DNA from: Penicillus capitatus
Taxonomy: Eukaryota; Plantae; Chlorophyta
Direction: 5' to 3'
Assembly: GCA_965649825.1 (NCBI GenBank)
Contig: OZ287694.1
Coordinates: 991,197 to 1,055,196, forward strand
Length of the DNA: 64,000 nt
Numbering within the stretch: the first letter of the stretch is position 1; every line of letters starts with the position of its first letter. Of this stretch, positions 33,110 to 46,364 are shown one piece after another. The position numbers and the translations under genes were made by a program. The notes below the pieces were generated by a model that was not told the DNA's origin, made no database searches, and saw only the letters and a list, made by a program, of their open reading frames with translations.

Positions 33110-35616
33110 ATGGCGCTCGTGCCGCAGAATCTTGAAGAGTTTCAGACGACAGAATTCTGGGATGGGTTTTTCCAAGCACGAGGAGAGAAGGCTTTTGAAT
33201 GGTACTGCGATTATGCGGCACTGAAGCAAAAGATTCTAAAACGATGCCATGGCAAGACGATCCTCATACCAGGATGTGGCAATTCTGACCTCTCTGCCCA
33301 ACTGTCCCTTCCCCTCATCAATATCCACTGCCTACAGCACCGCTCGCTTCTTTTAGTTACGACGATGGCGTGATGGACATCACGAACGTAGATTTTTCGA
33401 AGCCAGTGATTCGAGAGATGTTGGGTAAAAATGTGCGAAAGAGGCCCCGAATGAAGTGGCTGGTCATGGACATCACACAGATGAAGGTGTCTATCAGATC
33501 TGAAAGGGTAGAAGGCAGTGGTGTATCTGCTGTCTGCTGTTCAGTTCAGCGAGGGTGCTTTCGATGTGGTGTTGGACAAAGGAGCATTGGATGCATTGAT
33601 GGGTGATTCCGAAGCGGATTCCACGGAGAAAGCCGAACAGTATCTCCAAGAAGTTCACTCTTCGCACAGCTTACGGCTGCAACGCCCATGTGCATGCAGG
33701 TATTGCGAATGATGCCGCCATGTGGCCTGTTCTTCTGCGTTTCTCTACTGCAGCGCCATGTGTTGAGTAATGCTGTCCGCTTTCGCATTGTCGCCATTCC
33801 TGATGGGTATGTATTGGTGTGGACCTTAGAAATGTTGCTCAGTCGCTTTGTTTATGGTTTCCACCTGAGCATTGAGCGAATCGATGAGCAACAGGAAAAA
33901 CAGGTCTCAGAGATCCAGTCCTTCCTATTCATAGCTGAACGCCAAAATGCGGCGGAGAATCTTCCGCCCATCCAACTCGACATGACATCGAGCACTCTGT
34001 CAAGCACTTACCAGGAGCAGATGACAGATATAGCAAATGTGCTTGTCTCCTCCACCCATCTCATGTTTCCAAGTGCACACGTCTGGTGTAGATCGTGGAG
34101 AGTGAGAATGCCGCCAGAGAAGAAGGAAAGACACATTTCTTGAAGACGGGAGATATGGAAGACTATGATCGCATCCATCCAGGCAGAAGAAACGTTCTGG
34201 ACAACATGAAGTGTGTTTACTCGAAGAAGTGGAAGAGGAAGATTCCATTTACGGCAGTGGTGCTGGACAATTCCGAGAGTTTCACATTGATGTGTGCGGT
34301 CTATATCGTCCCTGTGGGACAGGAACAGTCGTGGTAGCTGATGATGTGACGTCAGATGATCTTTTTGATCTTGCGTATTGGGCACAGGTTGTACGGGACA
34401 GCTGAAGGACAATGGGTTGTCAGTCGACAGTGCCAAGCACAGAGAGTGATTGTGGTGAAACTGGAGCAACAGGAAGAAAAGAGAGATTTGAGTGAGATGC
34501 AGGTATCCCATTGTGTGATGCTGTGTTCGGTATCTTTAAGTGTTTTCTGTAGGAAGCGCTTTCTCCCAGTCTGCTGCATTTGATCCCAAAAGCCATTCGG
34601 TTCACACCCAAGGCCACACCTTTCTTAACATCAAACGAAGAGGTGGATGTGTTCTGTGATCGGGGCAGCTATGATTCTGCCATATCTGGTAAGATTGTGG
34701 TACGCGACTGTATCAAAGACGGCAGCATTGTCCGTTGTCTCCACTTTGGCCAAAATGCTTCTCTTATTCAATCCGAAATGCCATTGCAGCTCAAAACCTC
34801 AGACAATACACCAGATCTGAGTGAGACCCCTAGATGCACCTTGCAATGTGCATATCGCCAAGCTCCTTGTGTTCTCAGTGACAGTGCCAGACATCGAAGC
34901 CCTTCAAATAGATACTGGATCTCTCTCGGCCAAATACCACCAAGTGATGGTATCTGGACTGTATGCTTTGCTCCCTGCAATGCGAGAAGGGAAGCAGTTG
35001 ACAGCGATCTTAGTCGGACTGGGCGGTGGCCTATTACCGACGTATCTGATGTCACACTTTCATCTGACGCTCCTGACCATAGAACTGGATCCCATCGTCG
35101 TCGAGATTGCTCAAGAGTGGTTTGGCATGACAAAATCTGTGGAGGTGCACATAGGAGATGGAATTGAGTACATCCGTCGACGGTCCAGCGAGGTTGATTC
35201 CCTGTTTGGCTTTACATCAGCTCAAGTCGCGCTTTCAGGAGAGCGCAGTGGACATCATGATGGTCGATGCAGGCGGCGAAGACAACGAGAGCGGAATGTC
35301 ATGTCCTCCACATGGTTTTGTGTCCGATGCTTTCCTTTCAGATGCACACAAGTGTCTGACAGAAACCGGCCTACTGGTTATCAATTTTGTTGCACGATCT
35401 GTCAGAGCGTACAAGACAGCTATGGAGACAGTGAAGATGCATTTTCCCTTTGTCTACACAGTAGATGTCGTCGAAGATGTCAACCGCGTCGCTTTTGCAT
35501 CAAAAATGGCTTTGGATGTGACATCTTTTCAGAAAACCGAGGCACAGCAGAGAACGTGGAGTCCGCAATGGAGCCCAGAAGACATGTTGCAATCTCTGTC
35601 CCTCGAACAACACTAA
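33110..35616 (+). CDS. METTL13: Dual methyltransferase METTL13 (eEF1A lysine and N-terminal methyltransferase)
   Basis: EFWDGFF..RGEKAFEWY...ILIPGCGNSDLS, FDVVLDKGALDALM; second domain ILVGLGGGLLPTYL, IELDPIVVEIAQEWFG, GDGIEYI, GLLVINFVAR. Confidence 0.88.
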
Positions 35617-36057
35617 CTTGAATGCACATCTCCAGTAATGGGAACATTATGTCGGCATTTAAGACAAGGCGCTTTACATCATTGAGTTTACCTTGCTTGT
35701 CTATTTGAGCGATGTGGACCTGGATCAGAAGATGTGGAGGGCAGTGGTCGAGCCCGTCACATCATCTTGACGACAAAACTTTTGACAAACGCGACGATAG
35801 ACTGCTTGCTACGCGACGCGTGGCCAAAGATTACCTAATAGGTTTCGAGAAAGGATAAGTGTGGTCGCGAGCAGATAAAAGGGGAAGGAACGCAGGAGCG
35901 CCGTCGATTGCTTTGCAAAACGCGTTTGGATTTTACAGCTCATCACTTTGACCTCCATCACAACTTTTCCTTATCGATTGCTGTCTCCGACAGTTGATTC
36001 ACTCTGTCCATTTCCGGCGACAACCCTTCATCCAACACCGGCGTCGTTATCCCAGAC

Positions 36058-36952
36058 ATGGCAACGGAATATGCTTTCTGGGAAAGAAAATGGGGAGAGG
36101 ACTTTGCACCCGGCAAGGTATACTCTCATATAACATCACGTCCATCTCTTTAGACGGAATCTTTGTCGTCCAGTTCTGGGATTTGGGCGAACCACACAAG
36201 GCTCTGGCCGAACTTCTCGATTCAGATCGATTCGACGTCAACGATAAGCGCATCGTCATTCCGGGATGCGGGTACGTCATAGTGCACATCGCAGCGACGC
36301 GGCATGACATCGCTGTGTCCACGAAGGAGAGGGTACGATGCCATTCTGTTGGCCGAGAGAGGAGGCCAGGTCGAAGGACTGGAACTCGTCGACCGTGCGG
36401 TACGTGAGATATACCATGCTCAACTGTGGAGACAGAGAAGTGCCGTTTTAGGTAACAGAAGCACGTGCCTATCTCGAGGAATACAACACAAAGAACCATT
36501 CCAATGTGAAGGTGACCTACACGACAGGTGCGTCTTACTTAGATCGTGCTTTGCCGAACGGTGTGCTGTGTGGATATGAAGTTGATTTTTTCGAGCACAA
36601 GGGTGTGTATGATGGGGGCTATGACTACACGTTCCTCTGCGCTTTGCCTCCGGATGCCCGACACAAGTGGGCGGAGAAATGGACGGAACTGATAGTTTCC
36701 GGCGGCGTTCTGCTGACGCTTGTGTTTCCGATCTATCCGGGAAAAGTAGACGGACCTCCATGGCACATCGACCAATCGATCGTCACGGAATTGCTCCACA
36801 AGAGTCACTCATTTTCCATCTGCCAGTCCATAACTGACGCGCCTGTCTTTGCTGCAGATTTCGATCTCGTTCTCGAAGAGAAGGTCCCAGACGCATGGAG
36901 CAAACCGAACAGGGCAGGAAGAGAGGTCGTCATGCTATGGAAGAAGAAATGA
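36058..36952 (+). CDS. Halide/thiocyanate (HOL/TPMT-family) SAM methyltransferase
   Basis: FWERKW...WDLGEPHKAL, IVIPGCGRGYDAILL, DFFE...YDYTFLCALPP..RHKWA, GGVLLTLVFPI...GPPW, GREVVMLWKKK. Confidence 0.85.
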
Positions 36953-37032
36953 AGGCAGAGAACATTTGACCCGTGCATTGTATTCTTGTACTCCCTTTAT
37001 TAAGACGCGTACAGCACATTGCTGTGGCGACA

Positions 37033-40000
37033 TCAGTTCGTACATTCGGTGTGCGTCGCGGCGCCGTCATCCCGTTCCCTTTGTTCAAAGGCCTCCAAAT
37101 CGAAAGTGAGAACAGCGCTTCCTCCACTCTTGAGGTCACGAGTGACACCCACAAGTCCATCTGCCTTGTGGAAGAAGGCATCTTTCAACGAGATCGCAAT
37201 ACTCTGAAAACGCTCTTCTGCATTCGGCCGAGTCCTTTCTCGAATGTAATCCACGACGCGACGTACATTCTCCTACACCACATCACGCGTTCGAGATACA
37301 CAGACGGGCACAGACGCTCACTCACGGCATCAAGAGAGGCATCGATTTCATCTAAGATGAAGAAAGGACAGGGTTTGTAGGAGTGTATGGCAAAGAGCAG
37401 GGCCAAAGCAATGACGGTCTTTTCGCCTCCCGACAGCTGGTCCATTTCTCGATAGCGCTTTCCAGGTGGAATGGCTGTAAACTTGATGCCATGCAAGAAA
37501 GGCGCCTCTTCGTGTGACTCGACATACAGAGCAGCACTGCCGCCACAGGGGTGCATCTCACTCTTGGTGAGATCTTTGTAGATGTTGTCGATTTTGGACG
37601 ATACATGATGAAAGGCTTCCATGAATGCATCGTAACGTTGACGATGGATTTGCTGAAAGGCATTCATAATCTCGGCATCCTTTTGCCGTTCAGCCTCAAG
37701 CATCTCACTCTGTGCCGTCTCCTGATCTTTAATCTGGTGATACTGATCTGAGGCTTTGAGATTGGGTGCAGAATGAAGCAATTGCTTCGTCAGCTCTTCC
37801 ACCCGCAAGCAGATCTTCCCCTCTACCTCTGCCTTCTCCGTTTCGCTGCTCAAAATCGCGTCGGCCGTCCATTCGCGAGGCAGCAGGTCAAAATCTGGTG
37901 TGACGTCAAAGCCGACCTCCAGACGGGTACTCTGGATCACGAAATGCACAAAGGCATTCCACCTGCCAGGCGATACCTGTATGACGTCGGTTATGCGTTC
38001 CGACAGGAGCTGCGCTCTGGACACAAGGACATCGCGCTTCGACTCCAACTCCCGTAGCGTCGTGCACTGCGCCTCCGTTGCATCTTGGTATTCGCGCAAG
38101 GCGATTTTGACGGTAGCAACGGAAGACTGAATCCTCGACCATTCCTCCTGCGCCTTCTCAACCTCTGCGGACATCTGCGTCACACAAAGCGGGTGGCATT
38201 TCGCCGCGAGCCAGAGACAGGAGAACGTGGCGTTGTTTTTCTGCAGCACGGTGTGCATCGTCCTCCAGTTTCTGAAGCAGCAAGGAGTCTGACTGGATCT
38301 TGGCCGAGATTTCGTCGATGGGCTTCTGAAGATTACGCGAAGATTCGTACTCAAGCTGTGCCTTCAGATGCCCAAGCTGCGTCTCCAATTCCTTACGCTG
38401 CTGCCTTGTCTGCTTGGCTCGCTGCAGGTACTGCTCCTCATACTCTCGGTAGTTCTGTACACCGAGTCGCTGACTGAACGCACGAAACTCTCTAGAAGAA
38501 AGACACCGTATTCAGAAGAATGCGCTCTTCTGTCTTACCGATCCGCCACTTCGTCGATCTGGTTCTTCAGTTGCCGAAGATGACCATCGCGTTCGGTGAT
38601 CTCATCCTCTAGGATTGCCATCTCGGGCATCCGTTTCTCCAACTCTCCTCGCAGTTTCTCGACCTCACTGTGCTTCTCCTCCCTTTGGCTCTCGTAGCGT
38701 TGGATTTCGGACTGAAGATGGGCGAGGCGATGCTGAAGGCGCTGGAGCTCTGACTCGAGACGCGTGTCTTCGGCTTGACGCTCTCTCATGGGCGGCAACT
38801 TGTTCAGCTCGGCATCCAATGTCGCCCTTTCTCTTCGCAGCATGGCAAGTCGTTCATCATCCCACCTAAGCCGTCACATCACAATCAGATCTCAACATCT
38901 CGTCCATGGCAGCAGACGTGGCTGCTTTCGATTCCATGTTTTGGGACATGCCGCCAGTCATGTAGCCCATCTTGTGTATCATTGTCCCATCGAGGGTCAC
39001 CACTTTGACGCCAATCTAGACAGCTGCGGCTGAGAGGCACAAGGATGGGATGGAAGGGGGAGACCTGTTGGCGATAAGCAAGATGCTTTGCTTCCTCCAA
39101 TGTATCACACACCACGGCATTGCCACAGACAAAGAGAAAACCCTTCTCGTATCTCCGATCGAAATTCAGCGCATCGATGGCAAGTCGAGCAGATCCACCG
39201 AGACGGCGCAGATCTTCTCGGAGAGGCTTTGCTGTGATGGAATCGAGCGGGAGAAAGTTCAGAGGCAACTGCCTGGAAAGACACATTTCCAGACACAGCT
39301 TCACGCGAAACGCGAAAGACCTGTGATTCTTCAAGTGTTGAATGCATGCTTTGGCTGTATCTCTTGACTCGACCAGGACAGAATCCAAATCCGCTCCCAG
39401 GGCAACAGCCAGAGCCAGATTGTACTTCGTCTGGCGCACCTTACCTGAACACAACATCTGTCACGAGAGTACAAGAAAACGAAGACATGCCACACCGAGG
39501 CTTGTGATTCGACCATGGACGCCAGGAATGCAACGTTTCATTGCTTCGATGGAGGCAGCGATGGAGGCATCTCTCTTCGTCTCCTGACGGACCGCCTTTG
39601 CTTCTGCGATTTCTCTATCCAGCTTTTCACCCTGTACATACCCCATGCTTTCCATCCAGTCGAAAATAAGCTGAGAAACGTACAGCCATCAAGCACGTAT
39701 CGCGTTTTGCAGCTTCCTCCTGGATCTTCTCTCCGAGATGCCGCTTCTCATACTCCGTTTCGCAGATCTGGTGATGCACTTCTTTCAGCTCCTGTTGAGT
39801 GGCAGTCTTCTTGTTTCCCAACACTTCAATCATTCCTTGCCAGCTGTCCATTTGCGACTGAATTGTGGCTGTTTTTGATTTCAGCCGTTCCAGAGACTCC
39901 ACAGCAGTCGTCTGCGTCGCATCTAACGCCGCTTTCTCCTGCTGGAGACGTCCCGTCATAGAAACGACGCCATTCTGAATGCGATGATAAGCATCTAGAT

Positions 40001-41279
40001 CCTCATCACTCAACCGCACGCCTTTTCCTTCACCCTGTTCGATGATCTCTTCAAACCGGCGATGGGCATTCTGCAGTTCTGCCAAATCGCCTCTCAATTT
40101 CCTGCCCAGCACAACAGTCTCGACCACAGCGAGCAGCAGACAGCAACAACGTTATGTGACGTGTCCACTTCTCGAGGCGCTGTTCATGCTCTGTACGTTT
40201 CCGGGCCATGGCTTGAGATCTCTTCTCCAATCGTTGACGCTCTTCATGGATTCGGATCAATTCGGGATCAGATGTCTCCGTCGCTTTCTGCAGAGACAAG
40301 AGCCTGTTCTCGCGTTCTGTCATCTCCCGTGACAATCCTTCCCACTCCTGTCGCTTCTCCCGAGTCCTTCTCTCCGACACCGACCTCTTCTTCGCGACCT
40401 CTTTTATCTCGGCCTCTGCCTGTCCCCTCGATTTATCGACCTCTGTCCTCTCCTGTCATTCCTCTTTCGCAAAACCGCAGCTGAGCAAGGCTGCGTTACC
40501 TGCTCCAGTGCGTAGACTCTCCATGCGCAGAGCCGTAGACGTTCGTTTTTGAGTTCTTCTTCAGCTCTACGGTGCTTCTCAGCTTCAGCCATCTGCCCTT
40601 TCTTCTGTCGTGCCTCGGCCAAGAGACTCTTCTTGCGTCCATAGAGCTGCATCAGTACGCTTTCTGCCTCTTCCTTCTGAGCTTTCAATCTTTCATACTC
40701 TTGAGCGAACCGATAAGATCCTGAAACGTGCTCGAACATCTTCGTCAGCTGAATGGGATGCATCGCCGCAAACAACTCGATATCACCCTATCCATCCACA
40801 CATCGCAATCCAACACTCTCTCGCTCTCTTCTTGGACTCGCCTGAAACACGAGAAAATTGCGCGCCTTGACGAGGATGCCATAGCTCTGGAGTTTTTGAA
40901 GATATGCCTCCCCCGTAACAACTTGGCCATCCAGGCGATACTCGCTTGTGTAGTGAACGTCCGGCGTTGGCCTCGACGGAACGATCCCGCGCGAAAACTC
41001 GATGCGCTGGCCGTCGCTTTGCTCGTAGACCAGTTTGACACCTCCGTGCGTCGCGTGGCCGTTGCCACGGTCGTAAAGGAGATCTTTGAGGCGCCCTCGA
41101 AGATGCTCCGTCCTTACGCCCAGGACAAAACTGATGGCGTCCATGATATTCGACTTGCCGGAGCCGTTAGGGCCGACGATCGCAGTGAACGAGCGGAAGG
41201 GTCCGATGGTCACGACGCCACCGTAAGACTTGAAGTTGTGCAGTTCGAGCAGATGTATGCGACCACCTCGCTGTGCCAT
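37033..41279 (-). CDS. SMC1: Cohesin subunit SMC1, multi-exon
   Basis: LHNFKSYGG..IGPFRSFTAIVGPNGSGKSNIMDAISFVLG (Walker A); hinge (IPGVHGR; ALGADLDSVLVE; LNFLPLD); LSGGEKTVIALALLFAIHSY..CPFFILDEIDASLD (signature, Walker B). Confidence 0.95.
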
Positions 41280-41646
41280 GACGGACGACTCCCGCCAAAA
41301 TCTGTGACAGAAAGAACGGCGACGTCAGTGACGACATGAGCTCATTGCGGACGTCCGTCGCATCATTGTCGTGGACATTGGAGACGGTGAATGCAACGCC
41401 GACTGTCAGTCCACGCACTGCCGGGCGCTTGACGCCGGAACTCGGCCTGCAAAGTCCTCAGTACGCGAACTGCATCCAGCAGTACGAAATCAGCCCCAGA
41501 GGTTCGGCTCTTGTCCTACCGAAACATGAAGTTCTGTATGGGTGTTGCAGGCAATGAGCCGGGGCAGATCGAAAGTCTAGGACCCGCTGAAGCGAGAGGC
41601 CTTTCCACAAAATGCACGAGCAATCGATCTTTTCAACATGTCTGGT

Positions 41647-43148
41647 TTATATGTAGAAATCCGTCTGTTTGCTTGTGGCGGCCACCTCCTTCAATTTCGA
41701 TAAGATGCGTTTGAAATACTCGTCCAAGTAGGATTCGACGGTGGTAATGGAGGACGGGTCGATTCGCAGCAGCTTCATGGTCTCTTCCATCTCAGCGCTG
41801 AAGACTTCGTTCGAAGAGAGCACTTCGGCGAAGGCCAATCGATCGGCGGCGTCTTTGGCCCACTGAAGACCGCGGAGAAACGCCCGTGTTGCCTTCAGGA
41901 CGCCCACAGGCACCTACGAGTGCTCCCGTCATGACTATCTCTTGTCTTCACCGTGATGGACATCCGACCTTTGTGACCTTCGCTGTGGCATTCGCCCTCT
42001 TCTCGCACATCTCGATGATCTCGTCTGTTGTGTAAGCCTTCGGCCCTGCCAACGTCAACGTCTTGCCTAGCGCAGAAGCCGATGACAGATGAGAAGGATC
42101 GACCGGCGCCATTTCCCTTACCAAATGTCTCTCTGTTGCGGAGAGCGGCCATCGTCATCCGAGCGATGTCTTGACTGTCGAGGTACGACGTGCGCGTGTC
42201 GTCGTCTGTACTCCACACCTGAGTCTCTTCCAGAATGGGAACCGCGTAGTTTCCGATGATGGCCTGCATGGAGTCAACACCCAATCGCTGCCTTGTGTGC
42301 ACACGACTGGCCAACCTGCATGAATCCACACAACCGGAAGATGGTGTAGTTCAGTCCACTCTCTGCCAGGAACTCCTCGGTGCAGGTCTTGATGTTCATC
42401 AGTGGGACTTCTGGATGCTTGTCGCAGTTAAAGATAGAGAAGAAAATGTATCGCTGAATCCCCACCGCCTGCGTCAGGAGAGGTGTGTGAAGAAAGGTGT
42501 GTGACCTCTGCATTGGTCACACTTGGGCGCATTGAATGAGAGCAACTTTGCCCTCCCAATCGAGCTTCTGCGCCGATTCTTCTGGCCGTGCCGTGGCGCA
42601 GTCGATGACGGTATGAATTCCGACCATTGCAGCAGGTAGCGATGCGGGGTTCGTCAGATCGGCCTGCGAGGAACACCGATCTGCATCTAGCAGAGTAGAG
42701 GGGCCTCCCCGTACGAGTGCCTTACCGAAACGGTCGTGGCACCCCAGTCCCGCAAGAAGTCTGCTGGATTCTGCCGCGCTCGGACGATGCAGCGAACGTC
42801 GTACCCATCATCCAACGCCTTGCGCACGACCTACGATCGAGTAACGCCTTTCGATGTTGTGGGGTCGCGAGATGCGGAGACCTGCCGACCCAATGTTCCT
42901 GTTCCACCGATGACCAGAATGCTCCGACTCGAGACAGTCTTCCCTCCAACTGCGGGTTCAAAAGCTTCGGGCGAAGCAGCTTCGCCGACGATCCGAACAG
43001 ATACTCGTCGCCGCGGCCACTGAGCGCGAGAGGACGGCGATGCTGAAGAGCGCTGAGTTGAAGGAGACGACGCGACGCGCAAGGAGACGCGTGTATGGGC
43101 GAGAGGTGCCAAAGAGGAAACACCGATGCAGCTGGCTGAAGGCGCCAT
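41647..43148 (-). CDS. HCF244: HCF244/Ycf39 atypical SDR, photosystem II assembly factor, with transit peptide
   Basis: [88 protein letters not shown]. Confidence 0.93.
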
Positions 43149-43906
43149 GGCAATCAAGGAGGAGAGAGCTGTTGCGATCGAATGGCACGATTAGCTGTAA
43201 AATGCGTTTGAATACCTATGCTGAATGCACGTCGGCAAACAAACACGGCGAAAATTGCATCTGCTTTGATTTTAAGCAACCGTATCTCCTAGGTTCTCGT
43301 GGCGATGTGACTGTCTCGTGGAAAGGGGTCCTACCTTTCGAGGGGCACTCGATGTCTTTTCACAGAGCCCTTTGGGATTTCGAGGGGCGCTTTTCCTTGG
43401 CTCTCGTTTGTCGCTGACTCATCCTGCCCAGGGGTCATCTCACTATCCGGGTATTTGACAGAGAACTCGAACCATTCGATACTTTCTCCGAACGCTTGTT
43501 CTTTCTTTCTTTCTCGCGACGTATCCGGTCGAGACGCAGCCGCTGCCACATCTTCATGTGCGATTCCCATCTGAGCCTCTGTCAGATGCTCACGCTGTTC
43601 TAGGCGGCCTTAGCCGAAGACGTGCCGTACAGTTCAGCCTGGCACCTTATGGCGCAACAACTCGCGCGGTCAGAGACGCCACGGAAATACCGCTTGGCCG
43701 CGCGACTGTTGAGGAGAATGGCACCGACGTACACTCAGATCCCCGCCGCGCCCTTCGACGGTCCTCCAGTCGTGCTGAGCACGGACGGACTTTGAGAGCG
43801 GTAAGAATAGGGTGGCTCATAGTTGATGATAAGTGGTATGGATGCAGGATCTACGTTCAGCTCGGTGGCCAATCAGTGTGAAAGGCTACCTGTCTTTGTT
43901 CTACAG

Positions 43907-44415
43907 CAGAACCGTCCGAAGCCATGCCAACCGAAGCCACTGTGGTCATTCAAGGGCATCACACACTCCACCGAGCCACGTCGATGTTCCTCCGGCGCCA
44001 GAATCGTCCGAAGCCACACCAGCCGAAGCCACTGTGGTCGCTCCAGAGCATCACACAGTCCATCGAGCCCAATCGATGTTCCTCCGGCACCAGAATCGTC
44101 TGAAGTTACGCCGGCCGAAGCCCGATCTTTTGCTCCGGAGTCCTTTAGAAGGTTTGTCACTCCAATGCCCCAATACCGACGAAGCCATATACTGACCTTT
44201 AGGTGCCCTGACTCTACACCAGAATCGTCCGAAGCCATGCCAGCCGAAGCCACTGTGGTCACTCCAGAGCATCAAAAGGCTCCATCGTGCCCCATCGATG
44301 ATCCCCTGACGCCAGTATTGTCCGAAACCATGCCAACTGAAGCTGAAGATGAATTCGTCAAATCAATGAACAGCAGTCCATCGAGCCCCATCGATGATCC
44401 CCTGGCGCCAGAATG
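43907..44415 (+). repeat. Imperfect coding tandem repeats (PAPESSE-x-TPAEA-TVV / SSPIDDPL)
   Basis: ccagaatcgtc(c/t)gaag...ccgaagcc recurs about five times; fewer copies in the duplicate at 61975-62295. Confidence 0.85.
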
Positions 44416-44595
44416 ATTGACGGAGCCATCCAGACCGAAGCGGATGTCAATCACCTCTCGTGCAAGAAGCAAAATCGAGCCAGATCCCATCGATGGATCT
44501 GTGAAGAGGTCACCTGCCTGTCAGCTCGCATCTCCTGTAGAAGAGGAGACGCCTACGACGCACGAAGACAGCCAGAGCATCCTTGGCAAGAGGCC

Positions 44596-44720
44596 TGTAC
44601 ATGAGTCTGTCGATGATCTGCCTTTGATGCAGATCATCGCAGACCTTGTACATAGCTACACCCGTGTGCATGAGTCTGTCGATGATCTGCCTTTGATGCA
44701 GATCATCACAGACCTGCACA
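44596..44720. repeat. Hairpin pair A (two ~57-nt inverted-repeat units, period 69)
   Basis: tgtacatgagtctgtcgatgatctgc-ctttgat-gcagatcatcgcagaccttgtaca; second unit bounded by tgtgca...tgcaca. Confidence 0.92.
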
Positions 44721-44799
44721 TGGAGGCTGATCAACGAGCCATAGCTACACATCTGTGCATGAGTCTTCCGAAGCTCTGCCAGTCGAAGCAGTGCAACGA

Positions 44800-46135
44800 G
44801 GTCCTGCACATGAAGACAACTCGATTGTTCTCATGCATCGATGCAGCATTGAATCGAACATGGCGAGCTATGGAGCTGGACGGAGTGTTGCCAAAGAGCA
44901 AACGTTGTGCTCGAGAACTCCACAGTCTTACCAAACCGTGCAGGCAACCTCGGTGGAGGCATTTACAGTCATGGCGCCACATTCTGTACAAGAGACGTCA
45001 CTTTTTAGAATAACTCCGCGGGTGACCAAGGGGGAGCGTTGTTTGGAGACCAGATGAGTGCCTTGACAATCGAAGAATCGATCATCAACGGCAGTGGATC
45101 CAGATACGGAGCTGGCATCTTTGGCCGTGTGAACAGCAGTGTGACGATCCGTCTCAGCGAAATGCAACACAATCTGGCGACTGAAGCTGGAGGTCGAGTC
45201 CATTCGGAGAATTCAGTCGTGAACGTGCGTCAGAGCAGCTTCTCGAGAAACAAAGCATCCATTGGTGGTTCGTTGTTGCTCGCGCATTCAAATCTGCAAG
45301 TGGACAACGCCAGCTTTTTGCACGACGAGGCCACACAATCTGGAGGGTCGATGGCCTTGATGCAGAACAGTTCAGAGCGGTGATCGATGTGTTCGTCAAG
45401 AGCTGTACGGCGAGGACGGGAGGCGGTATAACACTTTCTGGATCGAATATGACATCTTCTGAACTGTGGATCTCCGCTTGCCACGCTGAGGTTAAAGGCG
45501 GCGGCGTCTTCGCAGACAGATCATCGAGATTCCTGTCATCCAGCTCTTCGTTCAGCGACAATGTCGCTGGAGAACATGGCGACGGCATCGCCTTCGAATC
45601 GGACGTGCCGCAGAATCTGGCACTGCAGCTGAACGAATGTGCATTCAATTACAACAGAGCTGATCTAGGAGGTGCGTTCAACGACCTGCGATCATCCATT
45701 CTGAATACCCACGTGTGCAGGTGCTGTCCACGTGTCTACTGGATGCGGACCGAGAAGCTGTTCTCGAACCAATGCTTCGTGCACATTCGTCGCCGTAACT
45801 GGCTGCCGTCTCTTGGGAAACAGCGCCGACGTTGCAGGTGGCGGCGTATTTGTTCAAGATGCCAACATCTTGCGCTACTCATGTGGCAGCAAGAAGACAA
45901 ACGTTCCACCAGAGCTGTACTCGAACAAGACCCTCCAGAAACTCGACACCTTCCGTCCAAATCGCGAAGCGTGTTCCGATTGGGAATCAAACGATGCCCA
46001 TCGCTACGGTCCGATTCTTGCGTCCTACGCCCAGTCCACTCGGGCAGTCATCGAGAACCCAGAGAGTCCAAACGAAGAGGCACGCTTCAAAGATTATCGA
46101 GCCGCTGTTCGCAATCACAGAAGTGGAGATCACCT
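44800..46135 (+). pseudogene. Fragment of a Pmp-type beta-helix gene (paralogue of the 51-54k gene), frameshifted, intron retained
   Basis: GAGIFG...NLATEAGGRVHS...FSRNKASIGGSL...ALQLNECAFNYNRADLGG|intron|AVHVSTGC; same intron position as at ~53925. Confidence 0.8.
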
Positions 46136-46215
46136 GCCTGCCAGCTCGAATCTCCTGTCGAAGAGGAGACATTTCCGACGCACGAAGACCATCAGACCAT
46201 CCTTGGCAAGAGGCC

Positions 46216-46364
46216 TGTACATGAGTCTGTCGATGATCTGCCTTTGATGCAGATCATCGCAGACCTTGTACATAGCTATATCCAACGAGCCATAGCTATA
46301 CCCATGTGCATGAGTCTGTCGATGGTCTGCCGTTGATGCAGATCATCACAGACCTTGTACATGG
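46216..46364. repeat. Hairpin pair B (period 89)
   Basis: Same unit as pair A; second unit ccatgtgca...tgtacatgg. Confidence 0.92.
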
